A DNA stretch of 64,000 bases from a bacterium. GTDB taxonomy: Bacteria; Patescibacteriota; Patescibacteriia; JBAXGH01. The notes under the pieces were generated by a model. That model ran no database searches. It was not told the DNA's origin and saw only the letters and a program-made list of their open reading frames with translations. This document shows, one piece after another, positions 36,151 to 45,149 of this stretch (within the stretch, counting starts at the first letter, position 1; every line of letters begins with the position of its first letter). Position numbers and translations under genes: made by a program. Where the stretch lies: NCBI GenBank assembly GCA_037139515.1, contig JBAXGH010000004.1, positions 7,514-71,513 of the forward strand, written 5' to 3'.

Positions 36151-36954
36151 TTAGAGCTTAGCGATATCTTTTTGGGACTTACGCCACTCTGCTATCTTTG
36201 CATGATCGCCGGACATCAAAACTTCCGGGACTTTCCATTTTTTATAAACCGCCGGTCGCGTGTACTGCGCGGATTCAAGCACGCCCGGAGTGTTATGAGA
36301 TTCTTCGGTGAGTGATTCGGCGGCGCCCAAGACTCCAGGGATTTGGCGGGCGACGGCATCAATTACAACGAGTGCCGGTAATTCGCCACCGGTTAAAACA
36401 TACGGTCCGATACAAATTTCTTCGTCGATAAGATTTTCCGCGACGCGTTCGTCGATGCCTTCATAGCGACCGCAGAGCATCGTGATGCGTTTATATTTCG
36501 AAAGTCGCATGGCGTCTTGTGCGGTGAATGGTTTGCCTTTCGCTGAAAATAAAATCACGCGTTCAGTTTTTTTGCCGCGCTTGGCTTTGATTGCTTTGAG
36601 TGCGAGATCGAAAGGCTCGACGCGCATGACCATGCCCGGCCCGCCGCCGAAGGGTTTATCATCAACCGACTGATAATTGTTGCCCGACCAGTCACGCAAA
36701 TTATGGGCCGTGACTTTAATCAAGCCAGTGCCGGTTGCCCGACCGATGATGGAAACGCTTGTATACGGAGTAATTACTTCGGGTAAAATGGTTAGGACGT
36801 CGAAAGTTAATTTAGGCCGTAGGCCACAGGCCGTAGGGCGTAGGGCAACGTTTCGAAAAGTAGTACTATGGCCTACGGCCTGCAGCCTACGGCCTAGTAT
36901 TGATTTTTTGTTTTCTTGCTTTCTTGATTTTTTTGTCATAGTAAACTTGTTCAC
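36151..36954 (-). CDS. trmD: tRNA (guanine37-N1)-methyltransferase TrmD with a repeat-encoded N-terminal extension
   Basis: The core from LTFDVLTILPEVITPY to the C-terminus matches TrmD. The first ~47 codons overlap the GGCCGTAGG palindromic repeat, and no canonical start lies right at the core. Confidence 0.8.
   Translation of the reverse strand: MNKFTMTKKSRKQENKKSILGRRLQAVGHSTTFRNVALRPTACGLRPKLTFDVLTILPEVITPYTSVSIIGRATGTGLIKVTAHNLRDWSGNNYQSVDDKPFGGGPGMVMRVEPFDLALKAIKAKRGKKTERVILFSAKGKPFTAQDAMRLSKYKRITMLCGRYEGIDERVAENLIDEEICIGPYVLTGGELPALVVIDAVARQIPGVLGAAESLTEESHNTPGVLESAQYTRPAVYKKWKVPEVLMSGDHAKIAEWRKSQKDIAKL
36813..36897. repeat. ~85-bp palindrome built from GGCCGTAGG-family repeats, inside the trmD 5' region
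   Basis: ggccgtaggccacaggccgtagggcgtaggg (36815-36845) and the inverted partner ggcctacggcctgcagcctacggcc (36870-36894). Confidence 0.65.
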
Positions 36955-37046
36955 ATATATATTGTCATGCTTTTCGCCGGAATGCTACTATTCAGACGTA
37001 CACTCGGCCAAATCTAATTAATCACGGCCGAGAAAGATCACCGAAT

Positions 37047-37403
37047 ATGGAGAAAGATCAGAAGTTTGTCGAAGAGTTGGTTCGATCGCTTGTTAATCAC
37101 CCGGATGATGTGAAGACTGATCGCATCGTCGATGAACGCGGCGTGCTCATCACGCTTCACGTGAATCCGGAAGATATGGGTTACGTGATTGGGCGTCAGG
37201 GTCAAACGGCGCGCTCGATTCGCACGCTCTTGAAAATCGTCGGTGCTAAAGAAAATGCTCGCGTCAATTTGAAGATTCATGAACCGGAAGGTTCGACTCA
37301 TGTCCGTAAGCCTCGTCCGGAAGATGCCGGCTCCACGGGTCCGATGAACTCTGGCGCGGGGGATGATATTGATACTTCGGCGGTCGACAACTTGGTTATC
37401 TAA
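37047..37403 (+). CDS. KH-domain RNA-binding protein (UPF0109/YlqC-like)
   Basis: VEELVRSLVNHPDDVK...MGYVIGRQGQTARSIRTLL has the GXXG KH motif. This family normally sits with rpsP and trmD, but here it is on the opposite strand. Confidence 0.7.
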   Translation: MEKDQKFVEELVRSLVNHPDDVKTDRIVDERGVLITLHVNPEDMGYVIGRQGQTARSIRTLLKIVGAKENARVNLKIHEPEGSTHVRKPRPEDAGSTGPMNSGAGDDIDTSAVDNLVI

Positions 37404-37404
37404 A

Positions 37405-37445
37405 AATAAAAACAGCGGCTCACTCGAGCCGTTGTTTTTATTTAC
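37405..37445. terminator. Bidirectional terminator
   Basis: aaaaacagcggctcactcgagccgttgttttt. Confidence 0.55.
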
Positions 37446-38031
37446 CCGAATTTTTGATGAGGCTCGGGAGGCCGATAAAGGGGACGACGAAATCAAAATC
37501 GAATTGCGGGAGAAGGCCGTAGCATTGCGGGTCGGGCGTGAAATGAAATTCTTTGCCCGGGAAAATTTTGGTTTCGAAGATTTGCATTAGATCGGTTTTG
37601 ACTTTCGCGATATCTTCACCTGTCACAGCGGCGGAATATTCTTTGATGGCGTTTTGCCAGGAGACTTCGTCTTTCGCGAGAGTTTCGACGGATAATTTCA
37701 GGTGATCCGGCGGTTCCAAGCGCACGAAACTCAAATAAGTTGGTTCGCCGAGGACGTTCGTGGCTGTCGCGAATTTAAAAATATAAATCTTCCACTGCAT
37801 GCCGTTAAGTGCGACCGGTTCTTTGACCGCAACCCAATCGGCATCGCGAAGTTGATTGTGTTCATCAAGAAGCGCACCGCTCAAAACAAATTCGGTTTTG
37901 ATGGCTTCGGAAACTTTTTTATATTGCTCGGAGGCGAAAACTTGCTCGAGCTGTTTTTGGATGTCCATATTATTTTGCCAAATGCCGGTAAATATCATGA
38001 GCACCGATAGAGTAGAAGACAATGTCCGCAT
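37438..38031 (-). CDS. Secreted hypothetical protein. The start is uncertain and overlaps the upstream toxin gene.
   Basis: Signal-peptide-like N-terminus. It overlaps the RelE gene by ~60 nt if the first ATG is used. Confidence 0.45.
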   Translation of the reverse strand: MRTLSSTLSVLMIFTGIWQNNMDIQKQLEQVFASEQYKKVSEAIKTEFVLSGALLDEHNQLRDADWVAVKEPVALNGMQWKIYIFKFATATNVLGEPTYLSFVRLEPPDHLKLSVETLAKDEVSWQNAIKEYSAAVTGEDIAKVKTDLMQIFETKIFPGKEFHFTPDPQCYGLLPQFDFDFVVPFIGLPSLIKNSGK

Positions 38032-38248
38032 TGTCCATGCGCTTGAAAATTATGCGAATGTTCATCGTGACAGAAATTGACCAGGACTCTTTGAGCTCGC
38101 CGCTGAGTTGATGCAACCTGAGCGATGGATGAAGCGGGTTATTGCGAAACATGGATTCGGTCTTTGCGGCGCGTTTTTGAATCATCGAATCAAGCTTTTG
38201 AAATTCCTGCACGAATTTCGGATGATAAAGAATGGTTTTGACAACCAT
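37970..38248 (-). CDS. RelE/YafQ-family toxin
   Basis: LHPSLRLHQLSGELKESWSISVTMNIRIIF...IVFYSIGAHDIY. Confidence 0.7.
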   Translation of the reverse strand: MVVKTILYHPKFVQEFQKLDSMIQKRAAKTESMFRNNPLHPSLRLHQLSGELKESWSISVTMNIRIIFKRMDNADIVFYSIGAHDIYRHLAK

Positions 38249-38250
38249 AA

Positions 38251-38484
38251 TTATTTCATCAAATCGGCCAGGGATTTAGCTTTGATGAGCTTGCCTGATT
38301 TATGAAAACGGTCGACTTCCTGTGAGCGCTTAATCAATTCGTGTTCGCTGATTAAATCAGTGTCATCCTGATTGATTAAAAATCGAAGATAATCACTCGT
38401 GGTTTCGAAACCGCGCGATTTGGCGAGCTCGTGTGTTTTGGCGGATTCTTCTTTCGTGAGATTGAATGAAATAGATGTTCTCAT
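38251..38484 (-). CDS. RelB/DinJ-like antitoxin
   Basis: MRTSISFNLTKEESAKTHELAKSRGFETTSDYLRFLI. A ttgcatta-N6-taatgcaa palindrome lies upstream at 38489-38510. Confidence 0.65.
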   Translation of the reverse strand: MRTSISFNLTKEESAKTHELAKSRGFETTSDYLRFLINQDDTDLISEHELIKRSQEVDRFHKSGKLIKAKSLADLMK

Positions 38485-38554
38485 ATGCTTGCATTATAAA
38501 TGTAATGCAAGATTTCGGTCAAGCAAAAACCGCCTTGCGGCGGGTTTTGATTGT

Positions 38555-39058
38555 TTACGCTTTTGGAGCTTCGGCGGCCGGAGCTTCCGGAGCCGGAGTT
38601 GGGGCCGGAGCGGCGGCGGCTGCTTCTGCAGCGGCTTTGGCATCGGCCTTAGCCTGAGCTTCCGCTTCCTTTGCAGCTTTGGCCTCAGCGTCGGCTTTTT
38701 CCTTGGCGGCGGCAGCGGCTTTCACCTTAGCTTCAGCTTCGGCGACGGCTTTGCCCTTGGTTTCCGCAATCTTTGCGGTACGTTCCTTGGACATGCGAAT
38801 CGTCTTGGCTTTTTCGCCCTTGATGACTTTCATGTCAATCAAGAGGTTGCGCACGGTGTCGGTCGGCTGAGCACCTTTTTCGATCCAGTATTTGATGCGG
38901 TCGATGTTGAACTTGACGTTGCCGTCTTTGGCGCGAGGATCCATGGTACCGAGGTTCTCCATGTAATCACCCCACGGGTCAGCGGTCTTTTCAAGAACCA
39001 CGAGACGGAACTGAGGCATTTTCTTTTTGCCGAAGCGGGCGAGTTTGATAGCGAGCAT
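38555..39058 (-). CDS. rpsP: 30S ribosomal protein S16 with a C-terminal Ala/Lys/Glu-rich extension
   Basis: The MLAIKLARFGKKKMPQFRLVV start is diagnostic for S16. The tail is encoded by GC-rich low-complexity repeats. Confidence 0.85.
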   Translation of the reverse strand: MLAIKLARFGKKKMPQFRLVVLEKTADPWGDYMENLGTMDPRAKDGNVKFNIDRIKYWIEKGAQPTDTVRNLLIDMKVIKGEKAKTIRMSKERTAKIAETKGKAVAEAEAKVKAAAAAKEKADAEAKAAKEAEAQAKADAKAAAEAAAAAPAPTPAPEAPAAEAPKA

Positions 39059-39187
39059 GGCCGTGTAGCGTGTAACGTGTAGCGTGTATCGTCAACAGTG
39101 AGGACGATACAAGATACAGGATACACGATGTGGTTCTTGCGTTTTAGGCAGAGCTGCCATGACGCTTATAAGTTGGCGTTGATGCGA

Positions 39188-39216
39188 GAATACTAGGGAA
39201 TAGAGCGGAAATAGTC
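39188..39216 (-). promoter_or_regulatory. rpsP promoter TTGACT-17-TAGTAT (minus strand), followed by a ~120-nt leader with GTGTARC heptamer repeats
   Basis: Reverse complement of 39211-39216 gives TTGACT. Reverse complement of 39188-39193 gives TAGTAT. The leader at 39059-39130 holds four GTGTA(A/G/T)C repeats and a GATACA repeat hairpin. Confidence 0.4.
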
Positions 39217-39230
39217 AAGCTTGCCACGTT

Positions 39231-40721
39231 TTAGCGTTCAACACAGTTCACAGAGGCCGTAGTATCAGAAAGAATCGCAAGTGCCCGATAATCAGAGAAA
39301 ACCAGGTTTCGCCAATCAGCAGTCAGTCGTTTTTCGAGCAAGCATTTTTCGATTCCCAGGATATTTAGCGCTTGTCCGCCGTTCGCCTGGCTTATGATGA
39401 GTCCGTGAATTGCCGGAACCGCGTCGGATGAGAGGCGACCGAGGTATTGCGTATCCAAACGTGAAGTTTCTCCATTCAAGTATCGTGAAATATTTTCGTT
39501 TGCCACGATATTTTCGACGTTCACGAAAAGCAGGGTTGAATAGGCGAGGAAGACTGCGAGAAAAGTTTTCTTTAATGTCCCGCGATACTCTTTTTTCAAG
39601 ATAGCGGCAATCGCGATCGTGAGAAGCACGGCCGCGATTGTGAGGATTACGAAAATTGCCCAAATTCTTGAGACTGTATAACCGTATTCATTCATGTAGA
39701 GCATCACGCGGCGCAGAGCCGAGGCGATGATAACTCCGGTTTCGGCAATCAATGCAAGTGTCAGATATCTAATTTTCGCAACGCGCAAATTTGTTGTTCG
39801 ATATAAATACCAAACGATTCCGAAGACGAGTCCGGAAGCAAGCAAGAGCTGGGAGAACCCCTGACGCGCGGCTTGGGCATAGGTCTGGGTTCCGGTGATG
39901 AAGCCATCGACATCGCCGAAGACATATTTGATCTGGAAATAGGCGAAGACCAGGAAAAGCGCGTTAAGCACGCCAAGAAAAACTCCGGTCACGGTCGTGT
40001 CCAGCTCTTTTAAATGTTCCGTCCACTTGGCGCGGCGCTCTTCAAACGAACGGGTGAGCATGGTCCAGCCGAGTCCGGTTACGAAGAAAGTGATGATTAA
40101 ATCGCGCGGAATTTCGTAGAACCAAAAGCGCTGGCTAAAATTGGTGCTGAAGATGTTTTCGAGGGTGGTTCGAAAGGCGGTATCGGCGGTTGCGAAAAGA
40201 AATAGGAACACAAAGAAAAACGGAACCGCGATAATCAAGCCGCGCAGGATTTTGCTGGTGTCCGCACTGCCGCGGATTTGAGTTTCTTTGAGCGCTCCCG
40301 TGGCTCCGGAACCGGAACGCAACAAGTCATCGACGATTTCAAGATGCCAAACATGCGGAACTTCGACGAAGGGAATCGAAGGCGCCGTGAGCCAATAAAG
40401 AAAAAATATCAGGCCGAGAAAAGCCAAACACAGGCCGAGGGCACGAGGTACATCGCCGGCATAAAGCATCGAAGCCGCGGAACCGAGAATGATTGGAATC
40501 AAAAAGATATTACTCCATTTGTTGCCGCGGTTTCCGGTAAAAGCACCGATGACGAGAGCTCCGGCAACGGCCGAGGCCATAAAAATCACGAGCGAAATGC
40601 CGTATCCGCGGGCACCCAGAAAGAAATGATAGATGAGGGAAATTATGATACCGATACCGAGACAGATAAGCGCGAGGTGCTTATGGTGATGCGGATGTGG
40701 GTTCGGGAGAGCGTTTTCCAT
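39231..40721 (-). CDS. Polytopic membrane protein (≥10 TM), unknown function
   Basis: A His-rich N-terminus, then hydrophobic segments throughout. Confidence 0.7.
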   Translation of the reverse strand: MENALPNPHPHHHKHLALICLGIGIIISLIYHFFLGARGYGISLVIFMASAVAGALVIGAFTGNRGNKWSNIFLIPIILGSAASMLYAGDVPRALGLCLAFLGLIFFLYWLTAPSIPFVEVPHVWHLEIVDDLLRSGSGATGALKETQIRGSADTSKILRGLIIAVPFFFVFLFLFATADTAFRTTLENIFSTNFSQRFWFYEIPRDLIITFFVTGLGWTMLTRSFEERRAKWTEHLKELDTTVTGVFLGVLNALFLVFAYFQIKYVFGDVDGFITGTQTYAQAARQGFSQLLLASGLVFGIVWYLYRTTNLRVAKIRYLTLALIAETGVIIASALRRVMLYMNEYGYTVSRIWAIFVILTIAAVLLTIAIAAILKKEYRGTLKKTFLAVFLAYSTLLFVNVENIVANENISRYLNGETSRLDTQYLGRLSSDAVPAIHGLIISQANGGQALNILGIEKCLLEKRLTADWRNLVFSDYRALAILSDTTASVNCVER

Positions 40722-40786
40722 ATAGATATGTTTTTACTAATTCTGCAGTGAAAAACCGCAAATGTCAATCGCCGCCGTGAAAAATT

Positions 40787-40825
40787 CGCTTAAAATGCTC
40801 GGGACTGTCCCCAGCATTTTAAGCG
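40787..40825. terminator. 39-bp palindrome CGCTTAAAATGCTCGGGACTGTCCCCAGCATTTTAAGCG (GGGACWGTCCC family). Probable terminator.
   Basis: Near-perfect inverted repeat. A second copy at 63093-63131 has compensatory swaps. It lies after the gene at 40888-41154 on the minus strand. Confidence 0.55.
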
Positions 40826-40887
40826 AAAAAAATCGGGGCGTGGCTCGCGGCATTTTCATGGCCGCGAGTTCGTTTCCCGTTTCGAAC

Positions 40888-41154
40888 CTATTGCCACATC
40901 CAGGCGAGGCTCGCGATTGCAATTGAAGCTGCGCAGCAGGCCGTCATGCCGATAAGCGTGCTTCGCTGTTTGTTCTTGTAGGCCATCTCGGCGAGCGTCG
41001 CTTGGATGAAGGCGAACATCAGATAGCTTGGCGCCGATACACCGACGGCGCTCCTGTCTTCAACAATCTTCCAGAGCTGGATCAAGAGCGCCACGATATT
41101 GATGGCGTTCGCAGCCCAGAGGCGCGCCTCGAGTGAAAAGAATCGACGGATCAT
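40888..41154 (-). CDS. Small membrane protein (88 aa)
   Basis: AAAGGAG ribosome-binding site. Two hydrophobic helices. Confidence 0.45.
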   Translation of the reverse strand: MIRRFFSLEARLWAANAINIVALLIQLWKIVEDRSAVGVSAPSYLMFAFIQATLAEMAYKNKQRSTLIGMTACCAASIAIASLAWMWQ

Positions 41155-41174
41155 GGAACGCTCCTTTCGCTGGT

Positions 41175-41939
41175 TTAGCTTGCACTCAGCTGTGCACTCT
41201 TACGGAACTTCAAAGTTGCGATGGCCTCCTTGAGTGACGTAATCACGCTCGATGGTTCGTGGCGACTTTTCGCGTAGCTGATTTGATGCCCATTCGCGAG
41301 AACCCGGGTCTCGAAGTATCGAGTGTATTCGCGGGTATCGACTGCGAGTTCGAGATGCAACTCGATCCCAAGATCTTTCATCTCCTTGCGCAGGATCAGA
41401 AGATCCGAGTCAGCCATGTCGGTGAGCTTTTTTCCGAACATGCGTTTGAATAGTGCGATTCCGGCTTCGGGACCTTGATCAAGGTCGTAGGCTCCGAAGA
41501 TTGCCTCCAGGACATCGGCCAGGATTTTCGGATTCCGTTCGATTGCGAGTGCCGAGCATCGCACGAATTTTGCGATTCCGAGCTCTGTGCAGATTTCGGA
41601 GAACATCTTGTTGGTGAGCAGTGTCTCCTTATTTTGCATGAGCTCAACGAGCGCCACTGATTCGCTGCGCAGCGCCATGAGGCGGAGCAGATAATACCTC
41701 ATGACAGCGTCGCCAAGGTGCTCAAGCGTGACGTAGTCCGGCGTCATATCCGGAAAGTTATCCTCGTCCGGCTTGTAGCTTGAGTGCGTGATTGCCTGGA
41801 GCAGGAGCTTCTTGTTCTTGAAGTTGATTTTCAGAATCTTTTCGATTGCCCGCAAATCGTCCAGCGTATTTTCACTGAGCTCGTCCACGATGGTCCTCTG
41901 ATGATTGGCTTCTGAATTGAAGCTCACATGATATAGCAA
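41175..41939 (-). CDS. rnc: Ribonuclease III
   Basis: The QAITHSSY signature, LEHLGDAVMRYYL, and a C-terminal dsRBD. Confidence 0.85.
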   Translation of the reverse strand: MLYHVSFNSEANHQRTIVDELSENTLDDLRAIEKILKINFKNKKLLLQAITHSSYKPDEDNFPDMTPDYVTLEHLGDAVMRYYLLRLMALRSESVALVELMQNKETLLTNKMFSEICTELGIAKFVRCSALAIERNPKILADVLEAIFGAYDLDQGPEAGIALFKRMFGKKLTDMADSDLLILRKEMKDLGIELHLELAVDTREYTRYFETRVLANGHQISYAKSRHEPSSVITSLKEAIATLKFRKSAQLSAS

Positions 41940-42040
41940 GAAAAACTTGTCGTGTCAATCATCGGGCGCGCGAAACTTTTGGATAAAAAACGGCCACAGT
42001 CGGAGTTGACTGTGGCCTGGTTGGGGGTTTTGGGGGGGGG

Positions 42041-42565
42041 TTAGCGTCCGGAGGAGATGATTGCGTTCTCTTCGGGCGTCATTTCGCCGAAGAGTCGCGG
42101 GCAGTCCTTCCAGCCTTCGTGACCATGGAGACCGCCGAGCGCGTCTCCGACGCGGATGCAGTTGTCCTGGGCGCGGCGCCCGGTCGCGTGCAAGAGCGCC
42201 TGCGAGCGCAGGCTCTGCTTTGTGCGCTCGGGGTCGGCCTTCTCGCGCGCCAGACCAGTCTCGCATTCCTCGAGGATCTTCGTGGCCGCGTACCAGACCC
42301 GCGTCAGGGCGTCCAGCTTCCGGTGCAGTTTGAGAAGCCTTTCGCGGCTGCAGGGGCCGTCTTCCTTGGCTCCGACGAGCGGGCACGCCGTCGCCAGAAA
42401 CACCTGGCGCTTTGTGCTCTCGTCATCCCGTTCGAGAGCGTCGATGCTCTCGACAATCTTCTCGTACTTGGCCACGCATTGCAATGCGAGAGCCGACGGC
42501 TCTGCGGCTGGGTTGGACTCTGGTGCTGCGGCGAGGAAACTGACGACAAAAACGAATTGAAGCAT
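42041..42565 (-). CDS. Secreted hypothetical protein, higher-GC
   Basis: AGGGAGGA ribosome-binding site and a signal peptide MLQFVFVVSFLAAAP. The overlapping ORF at 41955-42386 is R/P-rich and judged spurious. Confidence 0.55.
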   Translation of the reverse strand: MLQFVFVVSFLAAAPESNPAAEPSALALQCVAKYEKIVESIDALERDDESTKRQVFLATACPLVGAKEDGPCSRERLLKLHRKLDALTRVWYAATKILEECETGLAREKADPERTKQSLRSQALLHATGRRAQDNCIRVGDALGGLHGHEGWKDCPRLFGEMTPEENAIISSGR

Positions 42566-42632
42566 GTACGTCCTCCCTGTGTTGGTTGAACTTCAGTAAC
42601 TTGGCAGAGTATAGCTCATTTTAAGCCTTTTG

Positions 42633-43763
42633 TCAAGGCTTGAGCTTATTATCGGCGCCGATGGCTTCGGAGATATTTTTAAACCCGTCACGCTTCAAAA
42701 GCTCAATCAATCCGGCATTGATCTCGCCGACTAACTGTGGTCCTTCAAAAATCATACCCGTAATGAGTTGGAGCAGGGAAGCGCCGGCGCGAATTTTTAG
42801 GTAAGCATCTTCGGCGCTAAAAATGCCGCCGCAACCGACAAGCGTAAATCGCGAACCGTATTTTTTATATAAGTGTGAGAGTTGAGCGTTGGCTTTTTCT
42901 TCGACGAGTTTTCCGGAAAGTCCACCGTGAGTCGGGCGCAGCGCCTCGGGAACGGCTTCGTAGGTTTTGGTGAGATTGCTCGAAATCAAGCCTTGAATTC
43001 GGTGGCGCGCGGCGACATCGATCAGCGAATCAAGCTGTTCAAACGTCAGATCCGGTGAAAGTTTTATAAAGATAGGCCGTGGGCCGTAGGCCGTAGGGCG
43101 TAGGGAAACATTTTCGAGCGCAGTGAGCAGCTTTTCTAAGCGCGGGGCATCATTAAAAGGTTGGCCGCCGAATGCATTCGGGCAGCTGATATTGATTGTT
43201 ATGTAATCAGCGGTATCTTTTACGGCTTCCAGGGCGGCGCCATAGTCCGCAATCGCGGCTTCGTCTTCGGCGGTTTCGGCGCAATTAGTTTTAGCGATAC
43301 TTACTCCGACCGGAAAACGATGAGACACGGCGTGTAAACGAACCGCGACATTCGCCGCGCCTTCGTTCTTTAAACCATACCAAACCACAAGTGATTGCTG
43401 ATCTTTGAGGCGCCAGAGCCGCGGTTTTGGATTTCCCGCGCAGGTTTTTCCTGTGACTGATCCGGCTTCCATAAAGCCGAATCCAACGTCAGGCAAAATA
43501 TTTAAAAGATGAGCGTCTTTATCAAAACCGGCGGCGAGTCCAACCGGATTTTTAAATTCAAGTCCGCGAATATTTTGGACGAGCGACGGGTCTTCGATAT
43601 GAAAAGCTAAGCGAGTGAAAAATCGAGTCACCGAAAAGCGCCCGAGAAACTCGCCGAGGTGAGTCATCGAATCATGAACATCTTCCGGGTCGCGGCGAAA
43701 GAAAAGCGGTTTGGCTAGATTTTTGTAAATGAATCGTGATGTGGCGTGAAAAACTTTTTTCAT
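42633..43763 (-). CDS. pyrD: Dihydroorotate dehydrogenase (quinone type) carrying an in-frame repeat insertion
   Basis: A DHOD family-2 layout (NPVGLAAGFDKDAHLLNILPDVGFGFMEAGSVTGKTCAGNPKPRLWRL; GGIFSAEDAYLKIRAGASL). The segment SLRPTAYGPRPI is encoded by the GGCCGTAGG repeat at 43075-43105. Confidence 0.85.
   Translation of the reverse strand: MKKVFHATSRFIYKNLAKPLFFRRDPEDVHDSMTHLGEFLGRFSVTRFFTRLAFHIEDPSLVQNIRGLEFKNPVGLAAGFDKDAHLLNILPDVGFGFMEAGSVTGKTCAGNPKPRLWRLKDQQSLVVWYGLKNEGAANVAVRLHAVSHRFPVGVSIAKTNCAETAEDEAAIADYGAALEAVKDTADYITINISCPNAFGGQPFNDAPRLEKLLTALENVSLRPTAYGPRPIFIKLSPDLTFEQLDSLIDVAARHRIQGLISSNLTKTYEAVPEALRPTHGGLSGKLVEEKANAQLSHLYKKYGSRFTLVGCGGIFSAEDAYLKIRAGASLLQLITGMIFEGPQLVGEINAGLIELLKRDGFKNISEAIGADNKLKP
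43075..43105. repeat. GGCCGTGGGCCGTAGGCCGTAGGGCGTAGGG repeat, in frame within pyrD
   Basis: The same 31-mer family occurs at 36815-36845 and 62008-62037. Confidence 0.65.
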
Positions 43764-43870
43764 ACCGCTCTATTTTGCGCTTTTGGTTCGTGAGGTCAAG
43801 GTATCTTGACTTTTTGCCACATTCTGGCCACATTGCGGTATCGAAGTTCCTTTCCCGCCAAGGAGGCGTC

Positions 43871-45037
43871 ATGCAGAAGACTCAAGCTGAGATCGAAGTT
43901 GAGCGTCGTTCCCGCCAGGTTTACGATTACAAGACGGACGAAGAGAGGATGAACGTCGTAAGGTCGGATGAGCCGACCGCGGTCCGTGTGGCGGCCGTTT
44001 CCGGCCTTGAAGACCAGAAACTGTTGCCGGAAATTCTTTTCGGTGACAGGGAAGTACCGGTTCGGATTGCGGCCGTTGATCGAGTACGTGGCGGGGGTGT
44101 GTTGCGATGCGTGGTCAGAGAGGATACGGATTGGCGCGTCAGACTTCGAGCGCTACAACGACTTCCGGAATCCGACATCGCGGAAGCCATTGAGCGCGAC
44201 CCGAGCGTTGAAGTGAAGCGTTCTGGTATTGCAGAGCTTCCGTCTGGTCACGTTCTGCGTCTCAAGTTTGCGCTCGAAACCGAAGACACGGTGCTTGCAC
44301 GAAACTCGCTTGCGAATGTCTTCGGATATGAGACGACGGCGCTCTCGGATGAGCAGCTGCGCCTGGTTGTGGCGCGAAGTGTTTCAAAGGTGACGGCTCT
44401 CGTCGCACTTCGCCTGATTCGTGAGACGCAGCAGGTTCACGAGCTTTACAGTTCTCTCCAGGCTGAGTTGCCGGTATGGAAGTCTCTTTCCGAGCTGCTC
44501 GAAGTTCTAAAGTGTGCCGAGTTCGCGAGGCAGTTCACGATTGAGTTCCCGGGAATCACGAAGACGACCGCTGAGGATTTGGAAAACAAAGTTCGGACGC
44601 TCGATGCGCGGATTGGAGTTTTGTCTGCGACGGAAATCGCAGATGCGCGCTCGAGTCTCGCAAGAATCGTGATTGACCTTCGCGAGGTGATGCGGGCCGC
44701 TGATTGGTGGGCGAGTGGGAAAAAGCTCGGAATTCCGGATTCACTCGCGAACATTTTCAAAGAAAAAGCCGAAGTCATGACGCGCATCGCACTTCTCGTC
44801 ATGGTGGCAGAATTCGGGCGGCTGGGTTCGCTTGCAAAGAAGGAAAAGCTCGTGGCGATGTGCGAGTTCATCGCGAAGAGTCTGGGCCGGACCGGAAAAG
44901 AGAAGGTGGTTGAGGATCGGAAGAAGTCGCACAAGAAGATGAAATCAAGCATCGAGCTTGTGCGGGATGAACTCGAGGCTCAAAGAGAGCGCTTCGACCA
45001 AATTGTGGGCGAGGTGAAGCTGCGGCTCAGGCTGTAG
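43871..45037 (+). CDS. HEAT/PBS-lyase-like repeat protein, higher-GC
   Basis: Start at MQKTQAEIE with an AAGGAGG ribosome-binding site. Repeated VRxAAV..L.d..LLP units at the N-terminus. Confidence 0.55.
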   Translation: MQKTQAEIEVERRSRQVYDYKTDEERMNVVRSDEPTAVRVAAVSGLEDQKLLPEILFGDREVPVRIAAVDRVRGGGVLRCVVREDTDWRVRLRALQRLPESDIAEAIERDPSVEVKRSGIAELPSGHVLRLKFALETEDTVLARNSLANVFGYETTALSDEQLRLVVARSVSKVTALVALRLIRETQQVHELYSSLQAELPVWKSLSELLEVLKCAEFARQFTIEFPGITKTTAEDLENKVRTLDARIGVLSATEIADARSSLARIVIDLREVMRAADWWASGKKLGIPDSLANIFKEKAEVMTRIALLVMVAEFGRLGSLAKKEKLVAMCEFIAKSLGRTGKEKVVEDRKKSHKKMKSSIELVRDELEAQRERFDQIVGEVKLRLRL

Positions 45038-45149
45038 CGCGGTGTGCGATGCTGAGTTCGGCGGGTCCTCCGGGGCCCGCATTTTTAATCCTATAAACCC
45101 CCAGCGTAGCTGGGGTGTACGTTTGAAGGCGACGCCGTATGTTTTCATC

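Noticed and set aside
36677-37021. Plus-strand ORF overlapping the trmD 5' palindrome
   Set aside because: It is the opposite reading of the palindromic repeat (GRRPQAVGRRATF...), not an independent gene.
41955-42386. Minus-strand 143-aa ORF (MPARRSQGRRPLQPRK...)
   Set aside because: Extremely Arg/Pro-rich. It overlaps the better-supported secreted-protein gene 42041-42565 in another frame.
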